A DNA stretch of 33,481 nucleotides from Chitinophagaceae bacterium (GTDB lineage: Bacteria > Bacteroidota > Bacteroidia > Chitinophagales > Chitinophagaceae), in NCBI GenBank assembly GCA_031365305.1, contig JANLXV010000011.1, positions 1-33,481 on the forward strand, written 5' to 3'. The notes below the pieces were generated by a model. It searched no databases, was not told where the DNA came from, and saw nothing but the letters and a program-made list of their open reading frames with translations. The translations under genes were made by a program, and so were the position numbers. Positions 18,901 to 28,786 of the stretch are shown here, one piece after another. The first letter of the stretch is position 1; each line of letters opens with the position of its first letter.

Positions 18901-19971
18901 ATGGCTGAGAAGAAAATGTATTACAGCGACTACCTTAAGCTTGACCAATTGCTAAGTGCACAGCAGCCTGAAAGTGTTAAAGCTGGCAACACGCTTGCGC
19001 ATGATGAAATGCTGTTCATCATAGTTCACCAGGCTTACGAGCTATGGTTTAAACAAATCATTTTTGAACTGGATTATGTATTGAATGTATTTAGTAAAGA
19101 AAAGATTGACGATAACTCTGAAGATCTCAACCTGGTAAGACACCGGCTCAAAAGAGTCATACAAATTCTCGAATTATTAAATCAACAGGTAAGTTTAATA
19201 GAAACAATGACACCGCTGGATTTTCTTGAATTCCGGCATTTGCTGGCGCCATCTTCAGGTTTTCAGAGCATGCAATTCAGGATTGTTGAGAGTAAGCTGG
19301 GTTTAAAAATGAACGACCGGTTTAAAAAAGAATATTATGCAAGAACTGGTGATGGTGGATTAACAGCAACTGACCTGGCTTACCTGCAAAAAACTGAACC
19401 GGAAAAATCACTGCTTGAGTTATTGAATACCTGGCTGGAGCGTATGCCATTTTTTGATAACGCTTACTGGAAAGATTTTAAAACAGTTGATAGCAACTTA
19501 GAGAAGCTGCATCCATTTTGGAAGACTTACAGAAAATTATACGGAGAGGCTTTAAATGAAGTTGAAGCGGATAAGCTGCTATACTTTGATAAGTTATTAA
19601 ACAACGAAAGTGCTGAAAGAAATGATTTAGAGAAGACAGCGTTTTCTGCAACCGCATTACAGTCTGCACTTTTCATCATGCTGTACCGCGATTTCCCGGT
19701 GTTTCAAACCTCTTACCAAATATTAGATAGCCTTATTGAAATTGATCACCTAATGGCGGGCTGGCGGCATAACCATATAGTTATGGTAAGGCGAATGATT
19801 GGTATGCGGCATGGTACGGGTAATACAAGCGGTGCCGGTTATTTACAGGGTGCTTTGGAAAATCACTTTGTATTTAAAGACCTTGAAGGGCTTTCAACAT
19901 TTTTGATCGAAAGAAAAAAATTACCCAAACTTCCCAAAGCGCTTATTAATAAACTCAGCTATGTTGAGTAA
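18901..19971 (+). CDS. kynA: Tryptophan 2,3-dioxygenase
   Basis: YSDYLKLDQLL, HDEMLFIIVHQAYELWFK, SSGFQSMQFR, WRHNH..MV.RMIG...GTGNTSG..YL. Confidence 0.93.
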   Translation: MAEKKMYYSDYLKLDQLLSAQQPESVKAGNTLAHDEMLFIIVHQAYELWFKQIIFELDYVLNVFSKEKIDDNSEDLNLVRHRLKRVIQILELLNQQVSLIETMTPLDFLEFRHLLAPSSGFQSMQFRIVESKLGLKMNDRFKKEYYARTGDGGLTATDLAYLQKTEPEKSLLELLNTWLERMPFFDNAYWKDFKTVDSNLEKLHPFWKTYRKLYGEALNEVEADKLLYFDKLLNNESAERNDLEKTAFSATALQSALFIMLYRDFPVFQTSYQILDSLIEIDHLMAGWRHNHIVMVRRMIGMRHGTGNTSGAGYLQGALENHFVFKDLEGLSTFLIERKKLPKLPKALINKLSYVE

Positions 19972-19976
19972 AACAA

Positions 19977-21104
19977 TTACATAAGCTCTTTTAGCTTGTT
20001 CACTACCTCATCAATTTCCTGCGTGGTATTATGTTTGCTAAAAGAAAAACGTACAGTAACCTGGTTGGGGTTACTATTGATTGCTCTTATTACATGACTA
20101 CCCATATCGGCACCGGACGTACAGGCACTTCCGCCACTGGCGCATATATTATGAATATCTAAGTTGAACAACAGCATTTCAGATTTTTCTGACTTAGGAA
20201 AACTGGCACTTAAAACAGTATATAAACTTTCGCCTTCAACATCACCATTAAACAACACAGCCGGAATATCAGCTTTTAATTTGCCGAGCATATACGTTTT
20301 TAATTCACTGATCAACTTTCTATCATCAGCACTATTTTTTGTTGCGAGTTCAAGCGCTTTTGCAAACCCAATAATGCCATATAAATTTTCTGTGCCGGCA
20401 CGCATATTTCTTTCCTGGCCGCCGCCATTGATAAAAGATTTGATCTTTACGTTTTCATTAATATATAAAATACCAACGCCTTTTGGACCATGAAATTTAT
20501 GAGCCGCACCTGTTATAAAATGGACAGGCGTATTTCGCAAATCGAAGTGATAGTGCCCAACAGTTTGTACGGTATCGGAATGAAAAATAGCGTTGTATTT
20601 TTTACACAGATTACCAACCACACGGATATCTAAAATATTACCTATTTCGTTATTGGCATGCATTAGTGTAACCAAACACTTCTCTTTACAGGATTGTAAA
20701 ATACGTTCAAGACTAATAAGATCAATATGACCATTCGGAAGCAATTTTACATAGCTTAATTCAAGATTATTATTACGGGCAATTTGCTCAACAGTATGCA
20801 GCGTTGCATGGTGTTCAACGGGCGATGTAATGATATGCCTGCAGCCAAGATCGTGTGCTGCACCATGTATGGCAGTGTTGCTGCTTTCAGTACCGCCACT
20901 TGTAAAAAAAATTTCAGCTGGGTGCGCATTTAAAATTTTTGCTACAGACTTGCGGGCAAGTTCTATGGCCATTCTTGTTTCCCGGCCATAAGAATATATT
21001 GAAGATGGATTACCAAACTTTTCGGTAAGATATGGCATCATAGCTTCCAGCACTTCCGGGTCGAGTGACGTTGTTGCCGCATTATCTAAATAAATTCTTT
21101 GCAA
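19977..21104 (-). CDS. iscS: Cysteine desulfurase (IscS/NifS type)
   Basis: YLDNAATT, GNPSS, FTSGGTES, AHKFHGPKG, SGGSACTS (catalytic Cys). Start estimated at TTG 21104. Confidence 0.9.
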   Translation of the reverse strand: MQRIYLDNAATTSLDPEVLEAMMPYLTEKFGNPSSIYSYGRETRMAIELARKSVAKILNAHPAEIFFTSGGTESSNTAIHGAAHDLGCRHIITSPVEHHATLHTVEQIARNNNLELSYVKLLPNGHIDLISLERILQSCKEKCLVTLMHANNEIGNILDIRVVGNLCKKYNAIFHSDTVQTVGHYHFDLRNTPVHFITGAAHKFHGPKGVGILYINENVKIKSFINGGGQERNMRAGTENLYGIIGFAKALELATKNSADDRKLISELKTYMLGKLKADIPAVLFNGDVEGESLYTVLSASFPKSEKSEMLLFNLDIHNICASGGSACTSGADMGSHVIRAINSNPNQVTVRFSFSKHNTTQEIDEVVNKLKELM

Positions 21105-21255
21105 AATAAAGGGGAATTTAGAACACAAATTTTATCGAATATACCTAACGGCAGACAGGTTATACGAATTAATGATTTTAAAATTAAATCATATAAACAA
21201 ATTACTTTGTAATAAATACTTCGTGTAATTCGCTTTAATTAGTGTAATACATCTG

Positions 21256-22635
21256 CTACATCACCTCGCTGATATCCTTCATCAGTTTCCTGGCAATGTT
21301 TTGAGCCGTAGTTTCAAAATTACTTTCTGAGTATATTCTAATGATCGGCTCGGTATTACTGGTTCGCAAATGAACCCAATCATTGTCAAATTCTATTTTT
21401 AAACCATCTACAGTATTTATGGGATTCTTCTTATACTTCTCTTCTATTTTCTTAAACACATCCTGCACATTTACGCCATTGTTAAGCACCATTTTATTTT
21501 TTGAAATAAAATAATCGGGATAAGTTTTTCTTAACTGCCTAATGCTTTTCTCTGAATAAGCGAGGTGCGTTAAAAACAAGGCAATACCGATGAGAGCATC
21601 TCTGCCATAATGAAAATCAGGCACGATGATGCCGCCATTACCTTCACCACCTATAACCGCATTCACTTCCTTCATTTTTTTAACCACATTTACTTCACCT
21701 ACAGCAGAAGGATAATAGGTTCCGCCATATTTTGAGGTAATATCTTTTAAGGCCTTTGTAGAAGATAAATTACTTACTGTGTTGCCTGGCCTTTTGCTTA
21801 ACACATAATCTGCTACAGCAACTAAGGTATACTCTTCGCCAAACATGGTACCATCTTCACATACAAAGCACAACCGGTCAACATCAGGATCTACGGCAAT
21901 ACCGAGGCTGGCTTTATGTTTCTTTACTTCAGTACTTAAAGCCGTTAAATGTTCCGGTAAAGGCTCGGGGTTATGCGCAAACCTGCCATTCATCTCTTCA
22001 TTAATAACAACAATATCCTTTACGCCTAAAGCTTTTAGTAAAGATTTTACATATAAAGAGCCACTGCTATTTACACCATCAACAACGATAGAAAACTTTG
22101 CATTTTTAATAGCTTCCGCATCTACAAGATCATAATTTACGATGCTTTCAATATGCTCGTGCATGTAAGAATCGTCAGTAATGTAAGAACCAAGCTTTTC
22201 TATAGAAGCAAAATTAAAATCCTCATTATCGGCAAGCTTTAAAATGGCAGCCCCTTCCTCCGCATCAATAAATTCACCTTCAGCATTTAAAAGTTTTAAA
22301 GCATTCCACTCCTTTGGGTTATGGCTGGCCGTAAAAATTATACCACCGGCGGCACGCTCCATTTTAACTGCAATTTCAACCGTTGGCGTAGTCGTTAATC
22401 CCAGATCTATCACGTCAAAACCCAGGGCAATTAAAGTATTGGCAGAAAGATTACTTACCAATTCGCCACTCAGCCTTGCATCACGGCCAATAACAATTTT
22501 TTTAGAAATATTCTGTAATAAAAGCCTGCTGCCAAAAGCTGCCGTAAATTTTACAATATCAAGCGGTGAGAGATTTTCGCCCGGCTTGCCACCAATGGTG
22601 CCCCGGATACCAGAAATACTTTTGATCAATGACAC
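21256..22635 (-). CDS. glmM: Phosphoglucosamine mutase (alpha-D-phosphohexomutase)
   Basis: SISGIRG, TASHNP (phospho-Ser), DPDVDR, GEGNGG, RTSNTEP; GTG start. Confidence 0.88.
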   Translation of the reverse strand: MSLIKSISGIRGTIGGKPGENLSPLDIVKFTAAFGSRLLLQNISKKIVIGRDARLSGELVSNLSANTLIALGFDVIDLGLTTTPTVEIAVKMERAAGGIIFTASHNPKEWNALKLLNAEGEFIDAEEGAAILKLADNEDFNFASIEKLGSYITDDSYMHEHIESIVNYDLVDAEAIKNAKFSIVVDGVNSSGSLYVKSLLKALGVKDIVVINEEMNGRFAHNPEPLPEHLTALSTEVKKHKASLGIAVDPDVDRLCFVCEDGTMFGEEYTLVAVADYVLSKRPGNTVSNLSSTKALKDITSKYGGTYYPSAVGEVNVVKKMKEVNAVIGGEGNGGIIVPDFHYGRDALIGIALFLTHLAYSEKSIRQLRKTYPDYFISKNKMVLNNGVNVQDVFKKIEEKYKKNPINTVDGLKIEFDNDWVHLRTSNTEPIIRIYSESNFETTAQNIARKLMKDISEVM

Positions 22636-22644
22636 TTTTCCTGT

Positions 22645-22702
22645 GTTTTAAGGTTGCAAATGTAATTAAAAATAGGCCAAGAGTTTTAAGGTTGCAAACC
22701 TA
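22645..22702 (-). repeat. 16-bp direct repeat GTTTTAAGGTTGCAAA (22645-22660, 22683-22698), each copy overlapping a TAnnTTTG element facing glmM
   Basis: Exact repeat with a 38-bp period; the minus strand reads TACATTTG and TAGGTTTG, each followed by CAACCTTAAAAC. Confidence 0.7.
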
Positions 22703-22812
22703 TGTGGTTAAATAAAACAGAGACAATGATATTATTAAATAAAACGTGCGGGCACATGGTAAACAGAGGGATTATTAATTACCATTTACATTTGCAAAAA
22801 AGTTTATCATCA

Positions 22813-23562
22813 ATGTCAACTAAGGCCTGGTTTGAAAACTGGTTTAATTCACCATACTATCATGCATTATATTTTGACCGGGATATAGCTGAAGCTGCCA
22901 ACTTTATTAATAAATTAATTGATTACCTGCAGCCAGTTGAAGGCGCCAGGATGCTGGATGTTGCCTGTGGCAGGGGAAGGCATTCTGTTCAACTCGCCTC
23001 GAAAGGTTTTGAGGTAACCGGAATAGACCTGGCCGAGGATAGTATCCGCACAGCGAAGGAGTTTGAAACTGACCATCTTCAATTCTTTTTACACGACATG
23101 CGGTTGCCGTTTTGGATTAATTATTTTGATTATGCCTTCAATTTTTTTACAAGTTTTGGCTATTTTAAAACGAGACGTGAGCATGATAACAGCATAAGAA
23201 CAATCAGCCAATCATTAAAACCCGGCGGCATATTAGTGCTGGACTATTTAAATGTACATTATGCAGAAGATCATCTTGTACATAAAAGCGAAATAGAAGT
23301 TGAAGACGTGAATTATTATATAACCAAGTGGTTTGATGAGGACTTTTTTTTCAAAAAAATAATTATTGAGGATGACGCCCTTGATGAGCCATTAGAGCAT
23401 ATTGAAAAGGTAAATAAATTCAACCTGGGCGACTTTACGGATATGTTTGCTTACCAGGGCCTTCAAATACAGGAAGTGTTTGGCAACTATGCTTTTAGCC
23501 AGTATGATGTCAAAAAATCCCCAAGACTGATCATGATAGCAAAAAAATCAGGCAACGCTTAA
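22813..23562 (+). CDS. Class I SAM-dependent methyltransferase
   Basis: MLDVACGRGRH motif I, FFTSFGYF, LKPGG. Start at ATG 22813 is supported by TACATTTG at 22787-22794. Confidence 0.88.
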   Translation: MSTKAWFENWFNSPYYHALYFDRDIAEAANFINKLIDYLQPVEGARMLDVACGRGRHSVQLASKGFEVTGIDLAEDSIRTAKEFETDHLQFFLHDMRLPFWINYFDYAFNFFTSFGYFKTRREHDNSIRTISQSLKPGGILVLDYLNVHYAEDHLVHKSEIEVEDVNYYITKWFDEDFFFKKIIIEDDALDEPLEHIEKVNKFNLGDFTDMFAYQGLQIQEVFGNYAFSQYDVKKSPRLIMIAKKSGNA

Positions 23563-23581
23563 TACATCTAATGCATTAACT

Positions 23582-24172
23582 GTGCTGAAAACTGTTACTA
23601 CTATAGATCATTGGCTGTTTACTAAGATAAACGGGGTATGGCATAATTCTTTTTTTGATGCCTTTTTACCTTTTCTCCGCCAATCCTATTTTTGGATACC
23701 GCTCTATTTTTTTTTATTGGTGTTTGCACCTTTAAATTTTAAAAAGCGTGGCTGGCTATGGGTTTTATTTTTTATTGTAACGGCATCAATAACTGATTTG
23801 ATGAGCAGCAGGCTTATTAAAGGGACGGTACTCAGGCTAAGGCCTTGCCAGAATCCTGAATTGGCTGATACGCTACGGTTAATAGTTAACTATTGCCCGG
23901 GGAATTCGAGCTTCACCTCTTCTCATGCGGCAAACCATTTTGCCGTAGCTATGTTTATTTACACTACTTTCAAAAAAGATGTGTCAAAATGGTGGGGCCT
24001 GCTTTTTGTATGGGGGTTTGTGATTTCTTATACGCAGGTATATGTAGGTATTCATTATCCGCTTGATGTGATTGGAGGCGCAATTGTGGGATCGTTAATT
24101 GGTTATGTTACAGGAAAGGTGTTTATTAAGAAAATTGGCTTGTATACTTCAGGCCTGCAAAATACAGTATGA
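23582..24172 (+). CDS. PAP2-family membrane phosphatase
   Basis: K-x6-RP (KGTVLRLRP), SFTSSHA, GIHYPLDV; TM helices. Confidence 0.88.
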   Translation: MLKTVTTIDHWLFTKINGVWHNSFFDAFLPFLRQSYFWIPLYFFLLVFAPLNFKKRGWLWVLFFIVTASITDLMSSRLIKGTVLRLRPCQNPELADTLRLIVNYCPGNSSFTSSHAANHFAVAMFIYTTFKKDVSKWWGLLFVWGFVISYTQVYVGIHYPLDVIGGAIVGSLIGYVTGKVFIKKIGLYTSGLQNTV

Positions 24173-25464
24173 TAGAAGTTTTAATTTTATTGTGCCTGAT
24201 TGTTGGAAACGGGCTTGTGGTAATGAGTGAGCTGGCTTTAATATCTGCCAAGCGTTCCCGTTTAGAAACCAAAGCAGGCAAAGGAGATACTAATGCAAAA
24301 ATTGCACTTAAGCTGCAGGAAAAGCCAGAAGTTTTTTTATCCACAGCACAAATTTTTATTACCCTAATCTCAATATTAACGGGTGTTTTTGTTGAAAACC
24401 TCAGCAAATACCTTATACCCGGCCTTGAAAAAATTAGCTGGCTAAGCCGCTATGCAGAAACTGCGGCTACAGTTATAGTAGTAATGATCATAACATTTTT
24501 ATCTATAATTATAGGTGAGCTGTTACCTAAACGCATCAGTATTCTTAAACCGGAACGTATAGCCAGATTGGTTGCAAAACCAATGCGGTTGCTTAGCCGC
24601 ATAACTTACCCGGTAGTTTGGCTGCTTAACATTATTACAAACCTGATCTTCAAATTATTTAATATAAAACCATCAACCGATAACCAGGTAACGGAAGAAG
24701 AAATTAAAGCCATTATAAACGAAGGCAGTGAACAGGGCGCTATTGAAGAAGAAGAAAAAGAAATTATTGAAAGGGTGATCCATCTTGGTGATAGAAATAT
24801 TACCTCATTAATGACGCACCGCACTGATATTGTTTGGCTGGATGTAAAAGATAACAGCGACCTGATAAAAAATAAGATCGGCAATTATTTGCATTCAGTT
24901 TATCCCGTTTGCGATGGAGAAATTGATAATATTCTTGGGGTAATATATTTGAAAGACCTGTTTTTACAACCTAATGCGCCGCTTAGCAATTTTGTAAAAA
25001 AAGCATTGATCGTTCCGCAAAACAACTCAGCTTACCAATTGCTTGAAAAATTTAAACAAACTAAAATTCACTATGCCTTTATTGTTGATGAATATGGAAC
25101 GTTAAATGGTATGGTAACCATTAAAGATATTCTTACGGCTATTGTGGGCGATATTCCTGAAGTAGAAGATGATGATTATAGTATTGTGGAAAGACAAGAC
25201 GGAACTTATTTGGTTGATGCGCAAATCCAGTTTTATAATTTCTTAATGCGGTTTGGGCAAACTGACCTGGTAAATATTGATGAGTATGATTTTGATACGC
25301 TGGCAGGTTTTATTTTGCATGAACTAAAACATATTCCTCAAACGGGCGAAACCTTTACCTGGAAAGGCTTCAGCTTTGAAATTATAGATATGGACGGCCA
25401 CAGGATAGATAAGATCCTTGTAAAAATATCTGATGAAATAAAAGAAGAGTTGGAAGAAATGTAA
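24169..25464 (+). CDS. HlyC/CorC (CNNM-CBS-CorC) family membrane protein
   Basis: SELALISA, GELLPK, CBS pair (VDEYG), CorC domain DTLAGFI. Confidence 0.9.
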   Translation: MIEVLILLCLIVGNGLVVMSELALISAKRSRLETKAGKGDTNAKIALKLQEKPEVFLSTAQIFITLISILTGVFVENLSKYLIPGLEKISWLSRYAETAATVIVVMIITFLSIIIGELLPKRISILKPERIARLVAKPMRLLSRITYPVVWLLNIITNLIFKLFNIKPSTDNQVTEEEIKAIINEGSEQGAIEEEEKEIIERVIHLGDRNITSLMTHRTDIVWLDVKDNSDLIKNKIGNYLHSVYPVCDGEIDNILGVIYLKDLFLQPNAPLSNFVKKALIVPQNNSAYQLLEKFKQTKIHYAFIVDEYGTLNGMVTIKDILTAIVGDIPEVEDDDYSIVERQDGTYLVDAQIQFYNFLMRFGQTDLVNIDEYDFDTLAGFILHELKHIPQTGETFTWKGFSFEIIDMDGHRIDKILVKISDEIKEELEEM

Positions 25465-25467
25465 TGC

Positions 25468-25995
25468 TCAAAAATTAAAAGTAGCTTTCGCTTCGGGGTT
25501 ATTTAAACGCACACTTTTTCTCACCCCACCAACGGTTACATGCACAAGGTTGGTCTGCTGTGGTTTATATTCATATAAGAGATCATCAAATACTTCCACC
25601 TTTTCCGGACGGCTTAAGCTATCAATTTCTAAGTAACAAATAGTTGCATCATCCTCCTGCTCGCAGCCTACATATTTAAGCAATAATGCCTGCCCATTAA
25701 TTTTTACATGAAGGTGTTTTTCAAGATACCCGGTAACAATTGAATCCATTTTACTTGTAAGAGCTGTGTCTAAAAGATCAATTTTGTTTGAATAGGTTTT
25801 ACGTAGAGTTTTTTCAAAATCATCAGTAAAAATTTTACAACTTACCTGCAGTTGTGAAGCCGTGGAATCAAAAACCATATCAGTAACGGTTACAAAAAAC
25901 GGGTGATTTTTCTTTAAATGAGATTCCGATATTTGCAACGCCCATGTTGAGTGAAAACAAAAAATATAAAATACCAGTAATACTGTTTTTCTCAT
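25468..25995 (-). CDS. Exported protein, DUF6702-like
   Basis: Signal peptide, HPFFVTVT, KIFTDDFEKTL, QQTNLVH. Confidence 0.7.
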   Translation of the reverse strand: MRKTVLLVFYIFCFHSTWALQISESHLKKNHPFFVTVTDMVFDSTASQLQVSCKIFTDDFEKTLRKTYSNKIDLLDTALTSKMDSIVTGYLEKHLHVKINGQALLLKYVGCEQEDDATICYLEIDSLSRPEKVEVFDDLLYEYKPQQTNLVHVTVGGVRKSVRLNNPEAKATFNF

Positions 25996-26091
25996 TCGAT
26001 AAAGTTTAAATCAAAACACAAAATTGCCGGGTATTTTTTAAACCATTTCGATAATAACATTTTTGCTAATCAATTTTATAAAACCTCTTGG

Positions 26092-28446
26092 ATGAAGCCA
26101 CATTTTTTATCAGGCCTTATTTGCCTTTTTACTTTTTTTTATGTTACTGCTCAGGACATTAAAAACAATCCAACATCTAACCACGGCAACAGGTTTGAAC
26201 AACTTGGTACCATATTGCCTACCCCAAATGAATACAGAACAGCAAGCGGAGCTCCGGGTCCTAAATATTGGCAGCAGCGTTGTGATTATGATATTGTTTG
26301 CCAGTTGGATGAACCCAATCTAAAACTCACCGGTAAAGCAACGGTAACCTACTATAATAATTCGCCTGATATTTTATCTTATCTATGGCTGCAATTGGAT
26401 GAAAATGAGCACAGCGATAGTAATAACTCAGGTTATCAATCGGGCAACCGCATGGAAAAAGTGCTTTCAGATGCTGCTTTCAAAAACCTATCTTCAAAAA
26501 AGGATAAAATTTACGGAGATATTATTACCAAGCTCACCGATGCTGCGGGCAAGTTACTGTCATATACCATCAACAAAACCATGATGCGTATTGAACTGCC
26601 AATTGTTTTAAAGCCGGGCCAAAAATTTGTGTTTAAGGTTGACTGGTACTATAACATTCCTGATAGAATGAAATTGGGCGGACGTGGCGGCTATGAATAT
26701 TTTCCTAGTGATGGCAATGTTATTTTTACCATGACGCAGTGGTACCCCAGGCTGTGTGTTTATAGTGATTTCCAGGGTTGGCAAAATCACCAGTTTGCCG
26801 GCAGCGGAGAATTTGCTTTAACCTTTGGAAATTTCAAAGTACAAATGACTGTGCCCGCTGATCATGTTATTGGGGCAACAGGTGAATGCCAAAACTATCA
26901 GGAGGTGTTGGGTGCGACAGAATATAAACGTTGGCAAACAGCTCAATCTACCAAAGAACCGCTGGAAATTGTAACGCTTAATGAAGCAACAAAAAAAGAA
27001 TCAGTAAAATCAACCCAAACTAAAACATGGATCTTTAAGGCAAATATGGTACGGGATTTTGCCTGGGGCTCTTCCCGGAAGTTTGTTTGGGATGCCATGC
27101 CAATAACCGTTGAAGGCAAAAAAATTATGTGCATGAGCTATTACGGCAAAGAAGCTTACTCTTTATATCGAAAATATTCAACCAAAGCCGTAGCACATAC
27201 CGTAAAAACCTACTCAAAATTTACTATTCCGTATCCTTACCCGGTAGCACAAAGTGTAGAGGCTGCAAATGGTATGGAGTATCCTATGATATGTTTTAAT
27301 TATGGCCGCACAGAGAAAGATGGCACTTATAGCGAGGCTACAAAGTATGGGATGCTTGGTGTGGTTATTCATGAAGTTGGTCATAATTTTTTTCCGATGA
27401 TTGTAAACAGCGATGAGCGCCAATGGACGTGGATGGATGAAGGCCTGAATACTTTCTGTCAATACCTGGCTGAAGATTTATGGGACAATAAATATCCGGT
27501 TGGCAGAGGCCCGGCGTTTAAAATTGTTGACTATATGAAAATGCCGAAAGACCAATTGGAACCTATAATGACCAACAGCGAAAACATTATCCAGTTTGGT
27601 TATAATGCTTACAGTAAGCCGGCAACAGCATTAAATATTTTAAGAGAAACTATAATAGGGCGAAAATTATTTGATTATTCCTTTAAGGAATATGTCAGGC
27701 GATGGGCTTTTAAACATCCAACGCCTGCAGATCTTTTCAGAACAATGGAAGATGCCAGCGCAGAAGATTTAGATTGGTTTTGGCGTGGCTGGTTTTATGG
27801 CATTGAACCTTGCGATATTTCACTGGATTCTGTGCAGGTATTTATCCCTGATCTTGATAGTAATGCTGAAAGAAAAGAAACCATAAAAAAACAGCAACCT
27901 GCCAAACCACTGCTAAATACTTTTGAAGACATCTCCAAAATAAGAAACCGGGAAGACAAAAACATTGTGTTTGCTGTAGATGCCGATACAAGCCTCCGCG
28001 ACTTTTATTATAATTATGCCAGGGGTAAAGTAGATGTGGATACCTTTTTCTATGATGTAAAAACTATACAATACGAGGATACTTTAAGCAAAGCCGAAAA
28101 AACAGAACTTGCCAAAAACAAATTTGTTTACCAGCTAAATTTCAGCAATAAAGGCGGCTTGGTAATGCCTGTTATTATTGAATGGACCTATACCGATGGT
28201 ACGAAAGAAATAGAGCGAATTGCTGCCCAGATGTGGCGTAAAAATGAAAATAATGTCTCCAGAGTATTTGTAAAAAATATGGAGGTGAAAAGTATTCTCA
28301 TTGACCCAATGAAGGAAACTGCTGATATAAATGAAGCCAATAATTTATGGCCGGTAAAAGAGCTGCCAACAAAGTTTCAATTGTATAAAGCAAAGCAAAC
28401 ATCCCGTGGACAAAGTTCCGGAGGCAACCCTATGCAAAAAAAATAA
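26092..28446 (+). CDS. Exported M1 family zinc metallopeptidase
   Basis: GMEYP, HEVGH-x18-E (WMDEG), YSKPA; signal peptide. Confidence 0.92.
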   Translation: MKPHFLSGLICLFTFFYVTAQDIKNNPTSNHGNRFEQLGTILPTPNEYRTASGAPGPKYWQQRCDYDIVCQLDEPNLKLTGKATVTYYNNSPDILSYLWLQLDENEHSDSNNSGYQSGNRMEKVLSDAAFKNLSSKKDKIYGDIITKLTDAAGKLLSYTINKTMMRIELPIVLKPGQKFVFKVDWYYNIPDRMKLGGRGGYEYFPSDGNVIFTMTQWYPRLCVYSDFQGWQNHQFAGSGEFALTFGNFKVQMTVPADHVIGATGECQNYQEVLGATEYKRWQTAQSTKEPLEIVTLNEATKKESVKSTQTKTWIFKANMVRDFAWGSSRKFVWDAMPITVEGKKIMCMSYYGKEAYSLYRKYSTKAVAHTVKTYSKFTIPYPYPVAQSVEAANGMEYPMICFNYGRTEKDGTYSEATKYGMLGVVIHEVGHNFFPMIVNSDERQWTWMDEGLNTFCQYLAEDLWDNKYPVGRGPAFKIVDYMKMPKDQLEPIMTNSENIIQFGYNAYSKPATALNILRETIIGRKLFDYSFKEYVRRWAFKHPTPADLFRTMEDASAEDLDWFWRGWFYGIEPCDISLDSVQVFIPDLDSNAERKETIKKQQPAKPLLNTFEDISKIRNREDKNIVFAVDADTSLRDFYYNYARGKVDVDTFFYDVKTIQYEDTLSKAEKTELAKNKFVYQLNFSNKGGLVMPVIIEWTYTDGTKEIERIAAQMWRKNENNVSRVFVKNMEVKSILIDPMKETADINEANNLWPVKELPTKFQLYKAKQTSRGQSSGGNPMQKK

Positions 28447-28786
28447 AATAGTTGCCTAAATGCCAGGAATAAAAATAGGGAAACTACTTACTTACTATCG
28501 AAACAGAGATATATCTTGTAGTTGTGGAAACAAACTTTGGGTTATTTGTGCTTATTTAATAAAAATTTTTCTATGTTTGTTTTTCTATCCCTGTTCTAAT
28601 CCTTTGAATCACCGTAGCCTCCTTGTATCACATAAGGTTTTTTGATCCATTTTTACTTTTGATGAATTCTTAAATAATCAATAGTAAATTGTAATATCCT
28701 ATTCAACTGCCGACTTCATTTCTATGATCTTCCCTCTGTATTAATTTATAAAACAAACATTCTTTTCACTTGAAAAAATTTTAGAA

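Noticed and set aside
20164-22651. Plus-strand ORFs (20164, 21845, 22244) and similar short ORFs elsewhere
   Set aside because: Antisense or alternate-frame shadows of well-supported genes.
22645-22698. Possible mini-CRISPR or att site from the 16-bp repeat
   Set aside because: Two short copies, a 22-bp spacer, and no cas or integrase genes; better explained as a promoter duplication.
28460-28645. 61-aa ORF downstream of the M1 peptidase
   Set aside because: Composition looks like translated AT-rich intergenic DNA; no recognisable motif.
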